Origin: Deltaproteobacteria bacterium
GTDB lineage: Bacteria > Desulfobacterota > Syntrophobacteria > BM002
Reading direction: 5' to 3'
Assembly: GCA_020353155.1 (NCBI GenBank)
Contig: CP070689.1
Coordinates: 1,765,503 to 1,829,200 of the forward strand
DNA length: 63,698 nucleotides
The notes beneath the pieces are model-generated. The model saw only the letters and a list, made by a program, of their open reading frames with translations. It ran no database searches and was not told the origin of the DNA. This document shows, one piece after another, positions 30,760 through 40,528 of the stretch. Position numbers and translations under genes: made by a program. Within the stretch, counting starts at the first letter, position 1. The number at the start of each line of letters is the position of its first letter.

Positions 30760-30898
30760 GTCGAAATAAAATCATTGTTTGATTTTTGCAGTTGTTGTAC
30801 AAGGTATAGGATCAAAAAAGCGCTTTTTTACGACAGATCTAGGATTGCACTACTCCAAACTTGCGAGAGCGACACTTTCGAGATTTGGGGGTGAGTAG

Positions 30899-31237
30899 AT
30901 GGTTCCTGATGAAGATAGACGCACTTATCCAAGAGCCGAAATCAGATGGCCTGTTACCATCGAAAGCGCAAGGGGCACCATAGAGGCTAACTTGAGAAAT
31001 CTCGGGGTCGGTGGTGCCTACATCCACTGCGAGGAGACGGCGGACCCGGGCGAGCGAATCTCCTTAACTATTAGACCTCCAGAGGCTTCAGCCTTTAAAA
31101 TCATCGCTGAAGTGATATGGGCAGGCAAGGTTTTGGCTCTTGGGATGGGAGTCCGTTTCGTTGAGATCTCTGACGAGGATCGACAGTTTATCTCAGATAC
31201 TGTTTCCAAACTTCTCAATGATACAAATCTCCAATGA
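30899..31237 (+). CDS. PilZ domain protein
   Basis: RRTYPR and NLGVGG motifs, plus GMGVRF. Its stop overlaps the ATG of the next gene (ATGA at 31234). Confidence 0.8.
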   Translation: MVPDEDRRTYPRAEIRWPVTIESARGTIEANLRNLGVGGAYIHCEETADPGERISLTIRPPEASAFKIIAEVIWAGKVLALGMGVRFVEISDEDRQFISDTVSKLLNDTNLQ

Positions 31238-31887
31238 CGGATGAAGCCAAAACACCAAAGTCTAAAAGCCTTCAAAGGATCCTGGTCTTCCAACAGAATG
31301 GGAGTGGTGAAAGCAAGATAAGGGGTATCAGAAAATACGGGAAGAATCTTTTTATCATTGAGACTATCTCCATCGACGAATCCCTACCTCCGATCCTTGA
31401 CGATACCGCCGACTACTTGCCCAGTGATATTCAGGCGGATCTTGTTTTGGACTTTTTGAAGCATCCGGACCTCTCCCATGATCTAGCCGCTGCCTGCGTC
31501 AAACGTAAAATACCTGTGGTCGCCTCAGGGAAAAAGTTGAAGGGTAGGAAGGTTTTTGTCCCTCCAACTTGATGCGGTCTGTCCAGGCAGGTCGGTCTGG
31601 GTCAATACGGGGAGCTATTCGGTGCCCCAGAACTTGAAGCGACGACCACCGGGGGTAAAGTCGTCAGCGTGAAGGTGATACGGGGTGCCCCTTGCGGGGC
31701 AACTTGGGACGCAGCTAAGCGGGTGGAAGGTTTACCAGTTGAGGAGGCCATATTTCGCATCGGACTAGAGACACAATACTTCTGCTCAGCCGACCCGTCT
31801 GGTTGGGATCCTATCCACGGAAAGAGTCCAGTTCATTTCGCCGGTGACGTCCACATTGCAGCATTCAAAAGAGCACTTCGGAAATAG
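31234..31887 (+). CDS. DUF166-like protein, candidate selenoprotein (in-frame UGA at 31570..31572)
   Basis: ORFs 31234..31572 and 31669..31887 are in the same frame, with no other stop between them. Read-through gives ...FVPPT-U-CGLSRQVGLGQYGELFGAPELEATTTGGKVVSVKVIRGAPCGATWDAAK... The flanking sequence resembles DUF166 as I recall it. A hairpin lies 10 nt downstream of the UGA. Confidence 0.6.
31583..31600 (+). other. SECIS-like stem-loop downstream of in-frame UGA
   Basis: CCAGGC-AGGTCG-GTCTGG forms a 6-bp stem (one G-U pair) with a GGU-containing apical loop. It starts 11 nt after the UGA. Confidence 0.4.
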
Positions 31888-31911
31888 ACCATAGTCCAGT
31901 ACGCCAATTTT

Positions 31912-31992
31912 CAATACTTCAGTATTCGAACGTCCCATTACTCCAATACTCCACGCCTCCAGTACTCCATTCTGCATTCCGAAATCTCCACC
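31912..31992. repeat. word array (TACTCCA-type) plus small palindrome AATACTTCAGTATT
   Basis: CATTACTCCAATACTCCACGCCTCCAGTACTCCATTCTGCATTCCGAAATCTCCACC. Confidence 0.55.
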
Positions 31993-31994
31993 TC

Positions 31995-32010
31995 AGGCAC
32001 ATCCCTTGCA
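31995..32010 (+). promoter_or_regulatory. sigma-54-type promoter (AGGCACA-N4-TTGCA)
   Basis: Lies 110 nt upstream of ATG 32120. Confidence 0.6.
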
Positions 32011-32119
32011 TTTATTTGATAGGGAAAATCAATTGAGGGCACCTTGGGAGTGAGGATATTTAAGTTTTTTCTTGCTCGTCGGTTTTAAATTAAGGGTAGC
32101 CTTGGATTGAGGTGATAAA

Positions 32120-32338
32120 ATGTCTCGGTGCGAAATATATGGAGATTGTTGGTTTTATAAGAGCACAATAGATCCGCAATCTCAAGCATTTGAATTACTG
32201 CAAAAATATTGTCACGGAGATTACTCGGCTTGCGCGCGCTACCAATTTTCGCAATCCCTCGGGAATTTCTACGTGCCCAAAGGCTTGATGCCAAATGATG
32301 TCAGAAGGATAAAGCCGGTCCTCCGCAGCCTGATCTGA
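32120..32338 (+). CDS. small Cys-rich hypothetical protein
   Basis: 72 aa with four Cys (CEIYGDC ... YCHGDYSAC). RBS GAGGTGA. A sigma-54-type promoter lies 110 nt upstream. Confidence 0.45.
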   Translation: MSRCEIYGDCWFYKSTIDPQSQAFELLQKYCHGDYSACARYQFSQSLGNFYVPKGLMPNDVRRIKPVLRSLI

Positions 32339-32563
32339 CAAACACTTCTCTGTATCCTGCCTTTCACCTAGGGTGGACAAATTCATACCTTTGCTGGGAT
32401 TTCATCATCAACCCATCCGCCCGACCAGTCAAAATATTAGATCACTTTGTCTTACAAAAATGTGTTTTTATTTGCTATGAGCTAGATTCCCCTATTGACT
32501 GAGATTTATCATTTCACTATTTTATCGAACATAAGAATACCTCAATACTAAAAGGGGGAGACC

Positions 32564-33337
32564 ATGTTTAACAAGCGATCACTCTTGATTTTTTGTTCAA
32601 TATCCCTTCTGCTTCCAGCCTGTGTTTCCAAATCGAAGTACTTACAACTTGAATCCGAGCTTGCCCGCACTAATGAGAATCTCAGCCACACTGAGAGTAG
32701 GATTTCCTATACTGAGGAAAGTAGGGAAAAGTGTATGGACAGCCTGGCAGATTTTCAGGGTAGACTTAAAGAAAAGGAAGGTGAAAAGGCTCAACTCTCA
32801 GAAAAGGTTCAAGACTTAAAATATGACATTGAAATGAAAGAATCTACTATTGAAGAGCAAACAAAAGTTATCAGAGGGCTTCATGCAACAAAAGAGAAAA
32901 TAGAGATTAGCCTGCAAGAGCAGATTGAGGCGCAGGAAGTCAAAATTGAGGAGATAGAGGGTAAATTAAAGGTAACTTTTGTGGATAAAATTCTTTTCGA
33001 TACAGGCAAAGTGGAAATTGGTAAAAGAGGTCAAGAGGCACTTCTGAATCTGGCTGACACTTTGAGGGAGAACAAAAATCAGAACATAGTAGTCGAGGGT
33101 CACACGGACGATGTTCCCATAGGGCTGGCCTTAATGGACAAATATCCCACCAATTGGGAACTCTCAGCAGCTAGGGCTTTAGGGGTCGTCCGTTTTCTCC
33201 AAGAGAAAGGCTGGCTGGAGCCAGAAAGACTATCAGCAGTGGCCTTCAGCTATTATAAGCCTGTGGCCTCAATCGACACTGCCAAGGGTAGGCGTCAAAA
33301 TCGGCGCATAGAGATAATCCTAGTACCGAAAAAGTGA
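32564..33337 (+). CDS. OmpA/MotB-domain lipoprotein with coiled-coil N-terminus
   Basis: Lipobox LLLPAC. OmpA domain motifs: VEGHTDDVPIG, NWELSAARALGVVRFL and NRRIEIIL. Confidence 0.85.
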   Translation: MFNKRSLLIFCSISLLLPACVSKSKYLQLESELARTNENLSHTESRISYTEESREKCMDSLADFQGRLKEKEGEKAQLSEKVQDLKYDIEMKESTIEEQTKVIRGLHATKEKIEISLQEQIEAQEVKIEEIEGKLKVTFVDKILFDTGKVEIGKRGQEALLNLADTLRENKNQNIVVEGHTDDVPIGLALMDKYPTNWELSAARALGVVRFLQEKGWLEPERLSAVAFSYYKPVASIDTAKGRRQNRRIEIILVPKK

Positions 33338-33345
33338 ATATCACT

Positions 33346-33966
33346 CTAATTTTTTATTGAACCAACCACCGACAAAATAATCTCTGCTGTTTTTTCGATA
33401 GAAATAAGCCCCGTGTTGACTGTTAGGTGAAACAGAAGGGGGCTGTCGTAGTTATCCCCACAGACTGAGCGGTGAAACCACTGCTGATTTCTATCCCTCC
33501 TTGCTATGACGCTTTGGGCCTGGGCCGGGGATATACCCAGCTTCTCCACCGCATACTTTAGGCGGAACTCCAAGGGAGCCACTAGTCGAAAACGAAAACA
33601 ATTCTTTCTATCTTTCAAGAAATAGTGAGATGCCCGCCCTATTATGACTGAGTTGTCTTCTTCGGCTACGCTGAGAACCAGCTTCTTTAGACTATTTTGA
33701 TACTCTTGTTCCTCCACTACAGATTTGTCGTATCCTACAATTCGTTGGATGTAGCTTTTACTGAAGAGATTGGAAAAGACATTGGAAATTCGGTATTGTC
33801 GGCTCTGTTCAAATGATTCCAGGGTTCCTTCCGATACATGCAAAGCTTCTGCTATTTCTTGAAAAAGAGACTTGTCCACATATTGATAACCAAGATTTTT
33901 CGCTAGAATTCGGCCCAGCTCTCTGCCCCCCGAAGCAAAGCTCTTGTAAACTGAGATTATAGCCAT
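33346..33966 (-). CDS. cytidylate kinase-like family protein
   Basis: ATG at 33966 follows TAGGAGGTGAGG. The N-terminus (FASGGRELGRILAKNLGYQYVD) is typical of the cytidylate-kinase-like (AAA_18-type) family. Confidence 0.65.
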   Translation of the reverse strand: MAIISVYKSFASGGRELGRILAKNLGYQYVDKSLFQEIAEALHVSEGTLESFEQSRQYRISNVFSNLFSKSYIQRIVGYDKSVVEEQEYQNSLKKLVLSVAEEDNSVIIGRASHYFLKDRKNCFRFRLVAPLEFRLKYAVEKLGISPAQAQSVIARRDRNQQWFHRSVCGDNYDSPLLFHLTVNTGLISIEKTAEIILSVVGSIKN

Positions 33967-34333
33967 TGCCTCACCTCCTACCGTGGCCCGGATATTTGAT
34001 GAATTCACTCCTTGGCGTGATTGTAATTGATTAAACATCGGTGCTAGGGATAACCCTCTATCTAAACTTTAGCACAATTTTGTTTTTTCAGAGTGATACA
34101 CATGAAGTTTTATGGTGTGATGGAAAATGTTTATTAAACAATCATTGTTCATAATGTGATGATCTCCTGGCTTATTTTCACGATCGTCTCCTCTCCAGAA
34201 CCGGTCCAAGTCTCGACTTATATGTTTACTGGCTTGTGCAACTGAACATCAACATGTGCAAGCGAAAAGGACGGATGTAAGGGAAAACGACGATAATCCA
34301 ATTAAAGCAGTAGGCACATTTTACTTGGTAAGT

Positions 34334-34349
34334 GGGCATAAAAATTGCA
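34334..34349 (+). promoter_or_regulatory. sigma-54-type promoter (GGGCATA-N4-TTGCA)
   Basis: Lies 84 nt upstream of the PilZ-FHA ATG at 34433. Confidence 0.6.
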
Positions 34350-34432
34350 GATTTTTTCAGTTTAAATCAGAGCTAGCTGTGCTCGCTGAAGGTTCGTAAC
34401 TTAAAAAAGCACCAAGGGAAGACAGGAACTAC

Positions 34433-35335
34433 ATGACCTCTCGTGAACGGAGAAAACACGTTCGCATTCAGCGTCAGTTTGAGGCCAGGCTGTTCAACGC
34501 CAAAGTTAGATACGAAACCGAGGGTTTAACAGAGAACATCAGCCAGGGCGGTGTTTATTTAAGAACAAGAGATTGGCGGGTCTTCCAAGCTGGCGATCAA
34601 ACCGTCGTTACCTTATTCCTACCTCCCAGCTTCACTGATAGAGATAAAATCTTTGGTTTGCGCGGCAATGCAATTGTCAGGCGGGTGGATGAACAGAACG
34701 AAGGAGTCGCTCTGGAGTTCAGCAGGGACTTCCAAGAGTTTGAAAAAGTTGAACACTCTGAGATCGCCGTAAAATACAAGTACAAGGAGATCTCCTATTA
34801 TCTTTGCTCTATTTCAGATCTAGAGTTCGCGGATCTTATTAGGACTAACCGTCATGGCTTTTTGGTGGATAAATCGCAAGGTGGTCTGGAGAATAATGCG
34901 GTTTTCCAGTTCAGTACGCTATCGCTGGACAACGACTATGCAATGCAAGTAATCAAAAGGGATTTCTCCATTGCCAATATTCATGACGCCAGAGTTATAG
35001 AAGTCAGAAAGAGGAAGCTTGACACCTCAAAAAATACTGTAAACATTGGGCGCGCCGCAACCAATGATATAGTCATCTATGACAATCTGGTCTCCAAATC
35101 GCATGCATATCTTTACCTCCATCCCTCTGGAGAAGAATGCTACATCGTGGACTGCGGCTCCAAAAACGGAACATTACTGAATGGAAAGGTTCTAAAACCT
35201 TTTGAGAAATACAAGATTGCGGATTGCGATGAAATCTGCTTTGGACCACAAACAAAGACAGTCTATTTTTCCCCGATATCCTTCGCCAACTTCATCAGTG
35301 AACTGAGGACAGCTCATCCCCCTTCAGACATCTAA
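34433..35335 (+). CDS. PilZ-FHA two-domain protein
   Basis: N-terminal PilZ (RRKHVR, NISQGG). C-terminal FHA (VNIGRAATNDIVIYDNLVSKSHA, GSKNGTLLNGK). Confidence 0.8.
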   Translation: MTSRERRKHVRIQRQFEARLFNAKVRYETEGLTENISQGGVYLRTRDWRVFQAGDQTVVTLFLPPSFTDRDKIFGLRGNAIVRRVDEQNEGVALEFSRDFQEFEKVEHSEIAVKYKYKEISYYLCSISDLEFADLIRTNRHGFLVDKSQGGLENNAVFQFSTLSLDNDYAMQVIKRDFSIANIHDARVIEVRKRKLDTSKNTVNIGRAATNDIVIYDNLVSKSHAYLYLHPSGEECYIVDCGSKNGTLLNGKVLKPFEKYKIADCDEICFGPQTKTVYFSPISFANFISELRTAHPPSDI

Positions 35336-35574
35336 CGTCATTGCACCCCTGACAAGGTTTCAGTGTTAAGGATTAAGTGTTCGGTTTTCATGTCCAGCAG
35401 TATTGCCACCTGGGACCTGCAGGGAAATACCATGGAAAGCAGCTCTGGGAGTGGCAAAGGTCTAAGGAGCCCGAATTATTTATTTTAAGAAGAACCTCTT
35501 ATCTCCTCTTGCTTTCACCCTCAAGAGCCATTACATTCACAATCTAAATAACATAAACTCCACCATATATCCCA

Positions 35575-36735
35575 ATGGCTATAGAAAACGTTCACCATTT
35601 CACCTTTGAGGACAAAGAGATCAACCTCGTCGGCACAGCTCATGTGTCGAGAGAGAGCGTCGACTTGGTGAACCAAGTCATTGAAGAAAAAAAACCAGAC
35701 ACGGTTTGTGTGGAACTGTGTAAATCCAGATATGAATCTCTTACCCAAAAGAAAACCTGGCAAGAAGCAAATGTTTTTAAAGTGATCAGGGATAAAAAGG
35801 CTTTTCTCTTGCTGTCAAATCTCATTCTTGCCTATTTCCAAAAAAAGATTGGCCACAAACTCGGCACCAAGCCTGGTGAAGAAATGATGCGGGCAATCCA
35901 AGCAGCCGAGGGGGTTGGTGCCAGCATTCATCTTGCAGACAGGGACATACGTACCACTCTGGCAAGAACCTGGCGTCTAATGGGACTGTGGACCAAGATA
36001 AAGCTCTTGGCCCAGTTGGTCACCTCAGCAGGGGCGCTGGACTCCATAAGCGAAGAACAGATTGAAGAGATGAAAAAAAGGGATGTGCTCGAGACCTTGC
36101 TTTCAGAGATAGGCGAAGAGCTGCCGGAACTAAAGCACATTCTAATTGACGAAAGAGATCAGTACCTTACCCACAAGATTAGAACCGCACCAGGCAATAA
36201 AATTGTAGCAGTGGTGGGGGCCGGGCATGTTCCTGGAATACAGCACTATTGGAACCTGCCTATAGATATTAAGCCACTCGAGCAGATTCCACCCAGAAGT
36301 AAGCTTATAAATGTATTTAAATGGGTTGTTCCCCTCCTGATAGTGACATTGTTTATCTTAGGATTTTTCTATGCTGGAACTTCTACAACCGCTCACATGC
36401 TCAAGTGGTGGATTTTGGCCAACAGCATACTGGCCGGTCTTGGTGCCACCCTTGCATTTGCTCACCCTTTGACCATTTTCTCCGCTGTTGTCTCCGCCCC
36501 ACTCACCTCGCTCAATCCTATGATCGCTGCCGGATGGGTCTCTGGCCTTGTCGAGGCTTTTGTGGGAAAACCAAAAGTCAGGGACTTCGAAATGTTGCCT
36601 GAGGACATCTCGTCGCTGAAAGGATTTTGGAAGAATAAAATAACCCGAATTCTACTGGTTGTAGTGTTTACAAATATTGGAAGTTCGCTGGGAACCTTTG
36701 TTGCTATTCCCCTAATGGTTAGGGTCTTCACCTGA
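35575..36735 (+). CDS. TraB/GumN family protein
   Basis: INLVGTAHVSRESVDLVNQVIEEKKPDTVCVELCKSRY is the hallmark TraB N-terminus. C-terminal TM helices present. Confidence 0.8.
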   Translation: MAIENVHHFTFEDKEINLVGTAHVSRESVDLVNQVIEEKKPDTVCVELCKSRYESLTQKKTWQEANVFKVIRDKKAFLLLSNLILAYFQKKIGHKLGTKPGEEMMRAIQAAEGVGASIHLADRDIRTTLARTWRLMGLWTKIKLLAQLVTSAGALDSISEEQIEEMKKRDVLETLLSEIGEELPELKHILIDERDQYLTHKIRTAPGNKIVAVVGAGHVPGIQHYWNLPIDIKPLEQIPPRSKLINVFKWVVPLLIVTLFILGFFYAGTSTTAHMLKWWILANSILAGLGATLAFAHPLTIFSAVVSAPLTSLNPMIAAGWVSGLVEAFVGKPKVRDFEMLPEDISSLKGFWKNKITRILLVVVFTNIGSSLGTFVAIPLMVRVFT

Positions 36736-36877
36736 CAGGTGTCGGGGTTCAGGTGTCAGGTTTCAGGAGAAGAAACAAAAAAGTGAAAGCTGGCACCTCG
36801 AGACTGTAAGATTTAATTCCTTAATCTCACATCTCATATCTCAAATCCGCAATCCCAAATCCGAAATCTTAAATCTG
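36736..36877. repeat. TTTCAGG-family array followed by AATCCGC/AAATC word array
   Basis: CAGGTGTCGGGGTTCAGGTGTCAGGTTTCAGG-AGAAGAAACAAAAAAGTGAAAG ... CAAATCCGCAATCCCAAATCCGAAATCTTAAATCTG. Confidence 0.6.
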
Positions 36878-36881
36878 CTTA

Positions 36882-37409
36882 CTATCTTCCCGTGTCATTT
36901 GTCTGAGCATTTGCCAGATCGATGTTTATTGCGCCAATGGACACGACAGGCGAATTTTGCCACTCATCAGGCAGCTTCTTGGAAGCAATTAAGTCGAAGT
37001 TCAAGGTCAAATTAATTGATTTGCTGTAATTCCCTTGCCGATCTCGCACAAAGATTTTTACGTCATATTGATTCTTTAGCACACCTCTATCCGCGGGAGT
37101 TCTTAGGAAAATGTAGCCCAGGAGTTCAGGGCAACTATGTTGGCTTATGGGAGTGAAACTGACCGGGTAGGAGCCAAAACCTGATTGCCACAGCTGCGTT
37201 ATTACGTAAGCCATGTCGCAATCCACATCTCGCAGTTTCAAATAAACCCTCCAGGTATCACCAGGGCGAACTGTCTGCTCAGCCTGAAAGCTTATAATCT
37301 CTGGAGGTCTACTTTCTCTCCTAGGGGGCGGCCCCTCATCTTTCCAACTTAAGCCGCAGCCGAATAAAAGCGAAGCTGTTATAAGTGCTACTAGCATTTT
37401 CCTTATCAT
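36882..37409 (-). CDS. hypothetical lipoprotein
   Basis: Lipobox LLFGC. No other motif recognised. Confidence 0.5.
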   Translation of the reverse strand: MIRKMLVALITASLLFGCGLSWKDEGPPPRRESRPPEIISFQAEQTVRPGDTWRVYLKLRDVDCDMAYVITQLWQSGFGSYPVSFTPISQHSCPELLGYIFLRTPADRGVLKNQYDVKIFVRDRQGNYSKSINLTLNFDLIASKKLPDEWQNSPVVSIGAINIDLANAQTNDTGR

Positions 37410-37482
37410 AACTATTGCTCCATCCTGGTAAGTAACAATGGGAGAGTTTACCGGCAGAAGCAGGGCAATGCAAGCCTTCCTT

Positions 37483-37561
37483 GGAGGTTTCAGGTGTCAG
37501 GTGTCAGGAGAAAAAAAGAAGAGTAAAATCTGAAATCTGAACACTGAAACCTTAAACCTGG
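37483..37561. repeat. TTTCAGG-family hairpin element
   Basis: GGTTTCAGGTGTCAGGTGTCAGG-AGAAAAAAAGAAGAGTAAAAT-CTGAAATCTGAACACTGAAACC. Confidence 0.7.
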
Positions 37562-38057
37562 CATTGTAGTACCCTCGTAAGGATATATCAAATCTGGGTT
37601 CTCTGAACCTCGATTATTATTTTAACTATTTTGGAAACACCTGTTTTTAATCCCACTAATAAATATGTTGCAATGGCAATCTCGGTTTTGTATTCTAGCT
37701 GGGAAAGACAATTCGGGTCTTTACCTCTGAGAGTCTGATAGCGGTAATCTCTTAAAGCCAAATACGGTAAGACCACAATGACCCGTTGAGACCAGGGTTG
37801 ATTCAGGTCTTCTTGGGAGAAAGGTTGCCAACAGATGCAGCGTGCCCTCTGGGTTTGTCGGAACTGTAATTTCAGTTGGTGGACTGATGGAAAATCCTTG
37901 ATCGAAATTATCGATGCTACCCAGAAACAGGGATGTCCCAAGCAATGCTCAGGGGTTAGCAGCCGAATTTATATTGCTGAGTATGAAGTTTACTCAGGTC
38001 AGAGAACGAGTTTCCGCCCTGCACACAATTCCACTTTTAGCCCCTAATCCATACCGC

Positions 38058-39017
38058 CTAGAATTCCCACATTACAGGATTATCGTCCAGATGGTTGGTG
38101 ACACTCCTACCTATGTGGTCTATTTCATCTAAATCGGCAGGAGAGAGTAGGATTCCACCGGCCTTGGCGTTTTGCCTAACTTGCTCTGCATTCCGTGCTC
38201 CGGCTATTGCACAATTTCCGGGCTGGGCAATTATCCAAGCTAGGGCAAGCTGCCCCAGGCTAATGCCGTTGCGTTCGGCAATGGGGCGCAGTCTTCCTAG
38301 TGCCTGCTGAACGCGCTCATAGTTCTCTGGCTTGAACAGTTTGTTTTTTGAGCGATGATCGCCCCTGTCAAATTTGTGATTGGGCCCAAATTTTCCGGTC
38401 AACAGCCCCTGCGCCATGGGAGAATAGGCCAGGATGGTGATGTTGTTTTGTACACAGTAAGGTCGGGCATCCTTTTCTACCTGACGCCAGAAAAGAGAGT
38501 AGGGCGGCTGCAGACTATCAATCCGGCCATACCCGGTTGCTTCTTCCAGTTGCGCCCTGGAGAAATTGGACACACCAATTGCCCTTATTTTACCTTGCGC
38601 CTTAAGGTCATTCAGTGCCCCCATGGTTTCCTCTATAGGTACATGCTCAGTGCCCCAAGAGCCAGCGGGCCAGTGGATCTGGTAGAGATCAATATAGTCT
38701 GTCTTGAGATTCTTGAGGGAGCGGTGGCAGGCTTCCATAACCTGCTCATATTTAAGATGGTTGGAAAAGACCTTGGTCGCGTACACCACCTGTTCTCTAA
38801 CATCAGCAAGGGCTTCACCTATAACGCTCTCTGAATGACCATTGCCATAATACTCGGCGGTATCTATGGTGGTTATCCCGGCCTCAAATGCTGCCCGTAA
38901 GGCCTTAGTCGTTTCAGAGTCATCAATTCCTACCCACATCTCTTTGCCTGCCTGCCAAGTCCCCATAATGATCGGAGAGATCTTTACTTCAGAAGTTCCG
39001 AGAGAGCGAAATTCCAT
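38058..39017 (-). CDS. aldo/keto reductase
   Basis: IDTAEYYG, IDLYQIHWP and GVSNF motifs. RBS GGAGGT. Confidence 0.9.
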   Translation of the reverse strand: MEFRSLGTSEVKISPIIMGTWQAGKEMWVGIDDSETTKALRAAFEAGITTIDTAEYYGNGHSESVIGEALADVREQVVYATKVFSNHLKYEQVMEACHRSLKNLKTDYIDLYQIHWPAGSWGTEHVPIEETMGALNDLKAQGKIRAIGVSNFSRAQLEEATGYGRIDSLQPPYSLFWRQVEKDARPYCVQNNITILAYSPMAQGLLTGKFGPNHKFDRGDHRSKNKLFKPENYERVQQALGRLRPIAERNGISLGQLALAWIIAQPGNCAIAGARNAEQVRQNAKAGGILLSPADLDEIDHIGRSVTNHLDDNPVMWEF

Positions 39018-39146
39018 AGCTACCTCCTAGATTGTCGCTAATTATTCTTTTATGATTTATTAAGCACTAAAGGGAAAAATCACAAGAAAGAGACTAATGA
39101 ATAAACAAATTCACTAGGCGGAATCCTTGACCAGAGTAATATAATA

Positions 39147-39196
39147 TCCAAAATCTAGCATCCAATATCTAGTATCTAGCAACCAGCATCCAGCAC
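39147..39196. repeat. 7-nt word array (TCTAGCA/TCCAATA/TCTAGTA/ACCAGCA/TCCAGCA)
   Basis: Seen directly. Single arm, immediately upstream of the RBS of the 39209 gene. Confidence 0.55.
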
Positions 39197-39208
39197 AAGG
39201 AGCGGGAT

Positions 39209-40000
39209 ATGAATTTAAGCCAACCAAGGGTTCTAGGCAGGACAAATCTTAAAGTGGGAAGATTAGGGGTCGCTTCGTCCTATGGTGCGCCCTGCAAGGC
39301 TTTTGAGGAAGCATTTGATCGAGGATGCAATTATTTCTATTGGGGCTCTATCCGGAAGAGTGGAATGGGTGAAGCAATAAAGAATATCTGCGGGCGGGGT
39401 AAACGCGATGACTTGATTATCGTAATCCAGAGTTATTCACGCTCCGCTTCCCTGATGGAAATCTCTTGCCGAAGGGCGTTAAAAAGTTTGGCTATAGATT
39501 ATGGCGACGTCTTACTCTTGGGTTGCTACAGTAAGAGACCTCCCAGAAGGATACTGGAAAGGGCGAACACCATGAAGAGAAAAGGGATGTTCCGTTTTTT
39601 GGCCATATCGAGCCACAATCGAAACCTCTTTCCGGAATTGGCCAAAGAAAACTTGTTTGATATTTTTCACATTCGCTACAGCGCTGCGCACCCTGGAGCC
39701 GAGTCAACCACTTTCCCCTACTTGCAAGGAGACCAAAGGCCAGGGGTAGTAAGTTACACAGCTACAAGATGGGGCCAACTGCTCCAAGAGAAAAAAATGC
39801 CCCCGGGCGAGTCTGCACCATCAGCTAGTGATTGTTACCGTTTTGTATTATCCCATCCAGCAGTGGATATTTGCATGACGGGACCTAAAAATCTTGAGCA
39901 AATTAGAGAGGCTCTGAGAACCCTTGACCTTGGTCCCATGAGTGAGGTTGAACTTGCGCGGATGAGAAAAATTGGTAATTACATCAGAGGGGCTAGATAG
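39209..40000 (+). CDS. aldo/keto reductase-like oxidoreductase (short form)
   Basis: LGRTNLKVGRLGVASSYG and the general AKR layout. Shorter (263 aa) and divergent. Confidence 0.65.
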   Translation: MNLSQPRVLGRTNLKVGRLGVASSYGAPCKAFEEAFDRGCNYFYWGSIRKSGMGEAIKNICGRGKRDDLIIVIQSYSRSASLMEISCRRALKSLAIDYGDVLLLGCYSKRPPRRILERANTMKRKGMFRFLAISSHNRNLFPELAKENLFDIFHIRYSAAHPGAESTTFPYLQGDQRPGVVSYTATRWGQLLQEKKMPPGESAPSASDCYRFVLSHPAVDICMTGPKNLEQIREALRTLDLGPMSEVELARMRKIGNYIRGAR

Positions 40001-40033
40001 ATGATTTGAAGATAGAAGGTCTGTCGGTTACTT

Positions 40034-40528
40034 TTAACTATTTTTGGCAAGAATCCACAAGTTCTCTGATCTAATCGCAACGGCAGGCCTAAGGCCATAA
40101 GGCTGCGGCAGGACACCCCGACTAAAACTCATGAGTTCAATCCGAATGGGCATGAACTTGACGAGCACGTATTCATCTCCTTCAGGGCCTTGCGGAATGA
40201 ATCCGATCCATTCCTCCCGCCAGTACTTCCGCTTCAAATTAGTGTCCTTCTCTATCTGGGCTGTTCCCAGGAGGGTAACATAGGCGGTACCCTCTTTGTC
40301 GTGGAATGCCAAAGTGACCCTTTGATCTTTTTGAATTTCCTTTACCTTTCGAGATTTTGACCAGGTGCCAACCCAGATTGTCATATCCTCCTCAGGTTCA
40401 AATGGTTGCACCAGTCTGGCATTTGGTTCCCCTTCCTCACCTAAAGTGATGAGCATACAATACTCTGCGGACCTTATGCTGGCTTTGGCAGTCTCAAGTA
40501 TGAGTGCTGCGGTTATTGGTGACATCAT
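40034..40528 (-). CDS. pyridoxamine 5'-phosphate oxidase-like FMN-binding protein
   Basis: Split-barrel pattern (CMLITLGEEGEPNARLV ... RVTLAFHDKEGTAYVTLLGTAQI ... KRKYW) resembles general stress protein 26 / PNPOx family members. Confidence 0.7.
   Translation of the reverse strand: MMSPITAALILETAKASIRSAEYCMLITLGEEGEPNARLVQPFEPEEDMTIWVGTWSKSRKVKEIQKDQRVTLAFHDKEGTAYVTLLGTAQIEKDTNLKRKYWREEWIGFIPQGPEGDEYVLVKFMPIRIELMSFSRGVLPQPYGLRPAVAIRSENLWILAKNS

Noticed and set aside
30622-30898. c-di-GMP (GEMM) riboswitch in front of the PilZ gene at 30899, and a Moco/Tuco riboswitch in front of AOR
   Set aside because: I could not find the conserved GEMM-I or Moco core sequences that I remember. The structure is reported only as an unclassified hairpin plus terminator.
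37588-37941. 117-aa minus-strand ORF in the 37410..38057 gap
   Set aside because: It is rich in Trp and Cys with an odd composition, overlaps other-frame ORFs and has no RBS. I kept it only as a possible pseudogene region in the findings.
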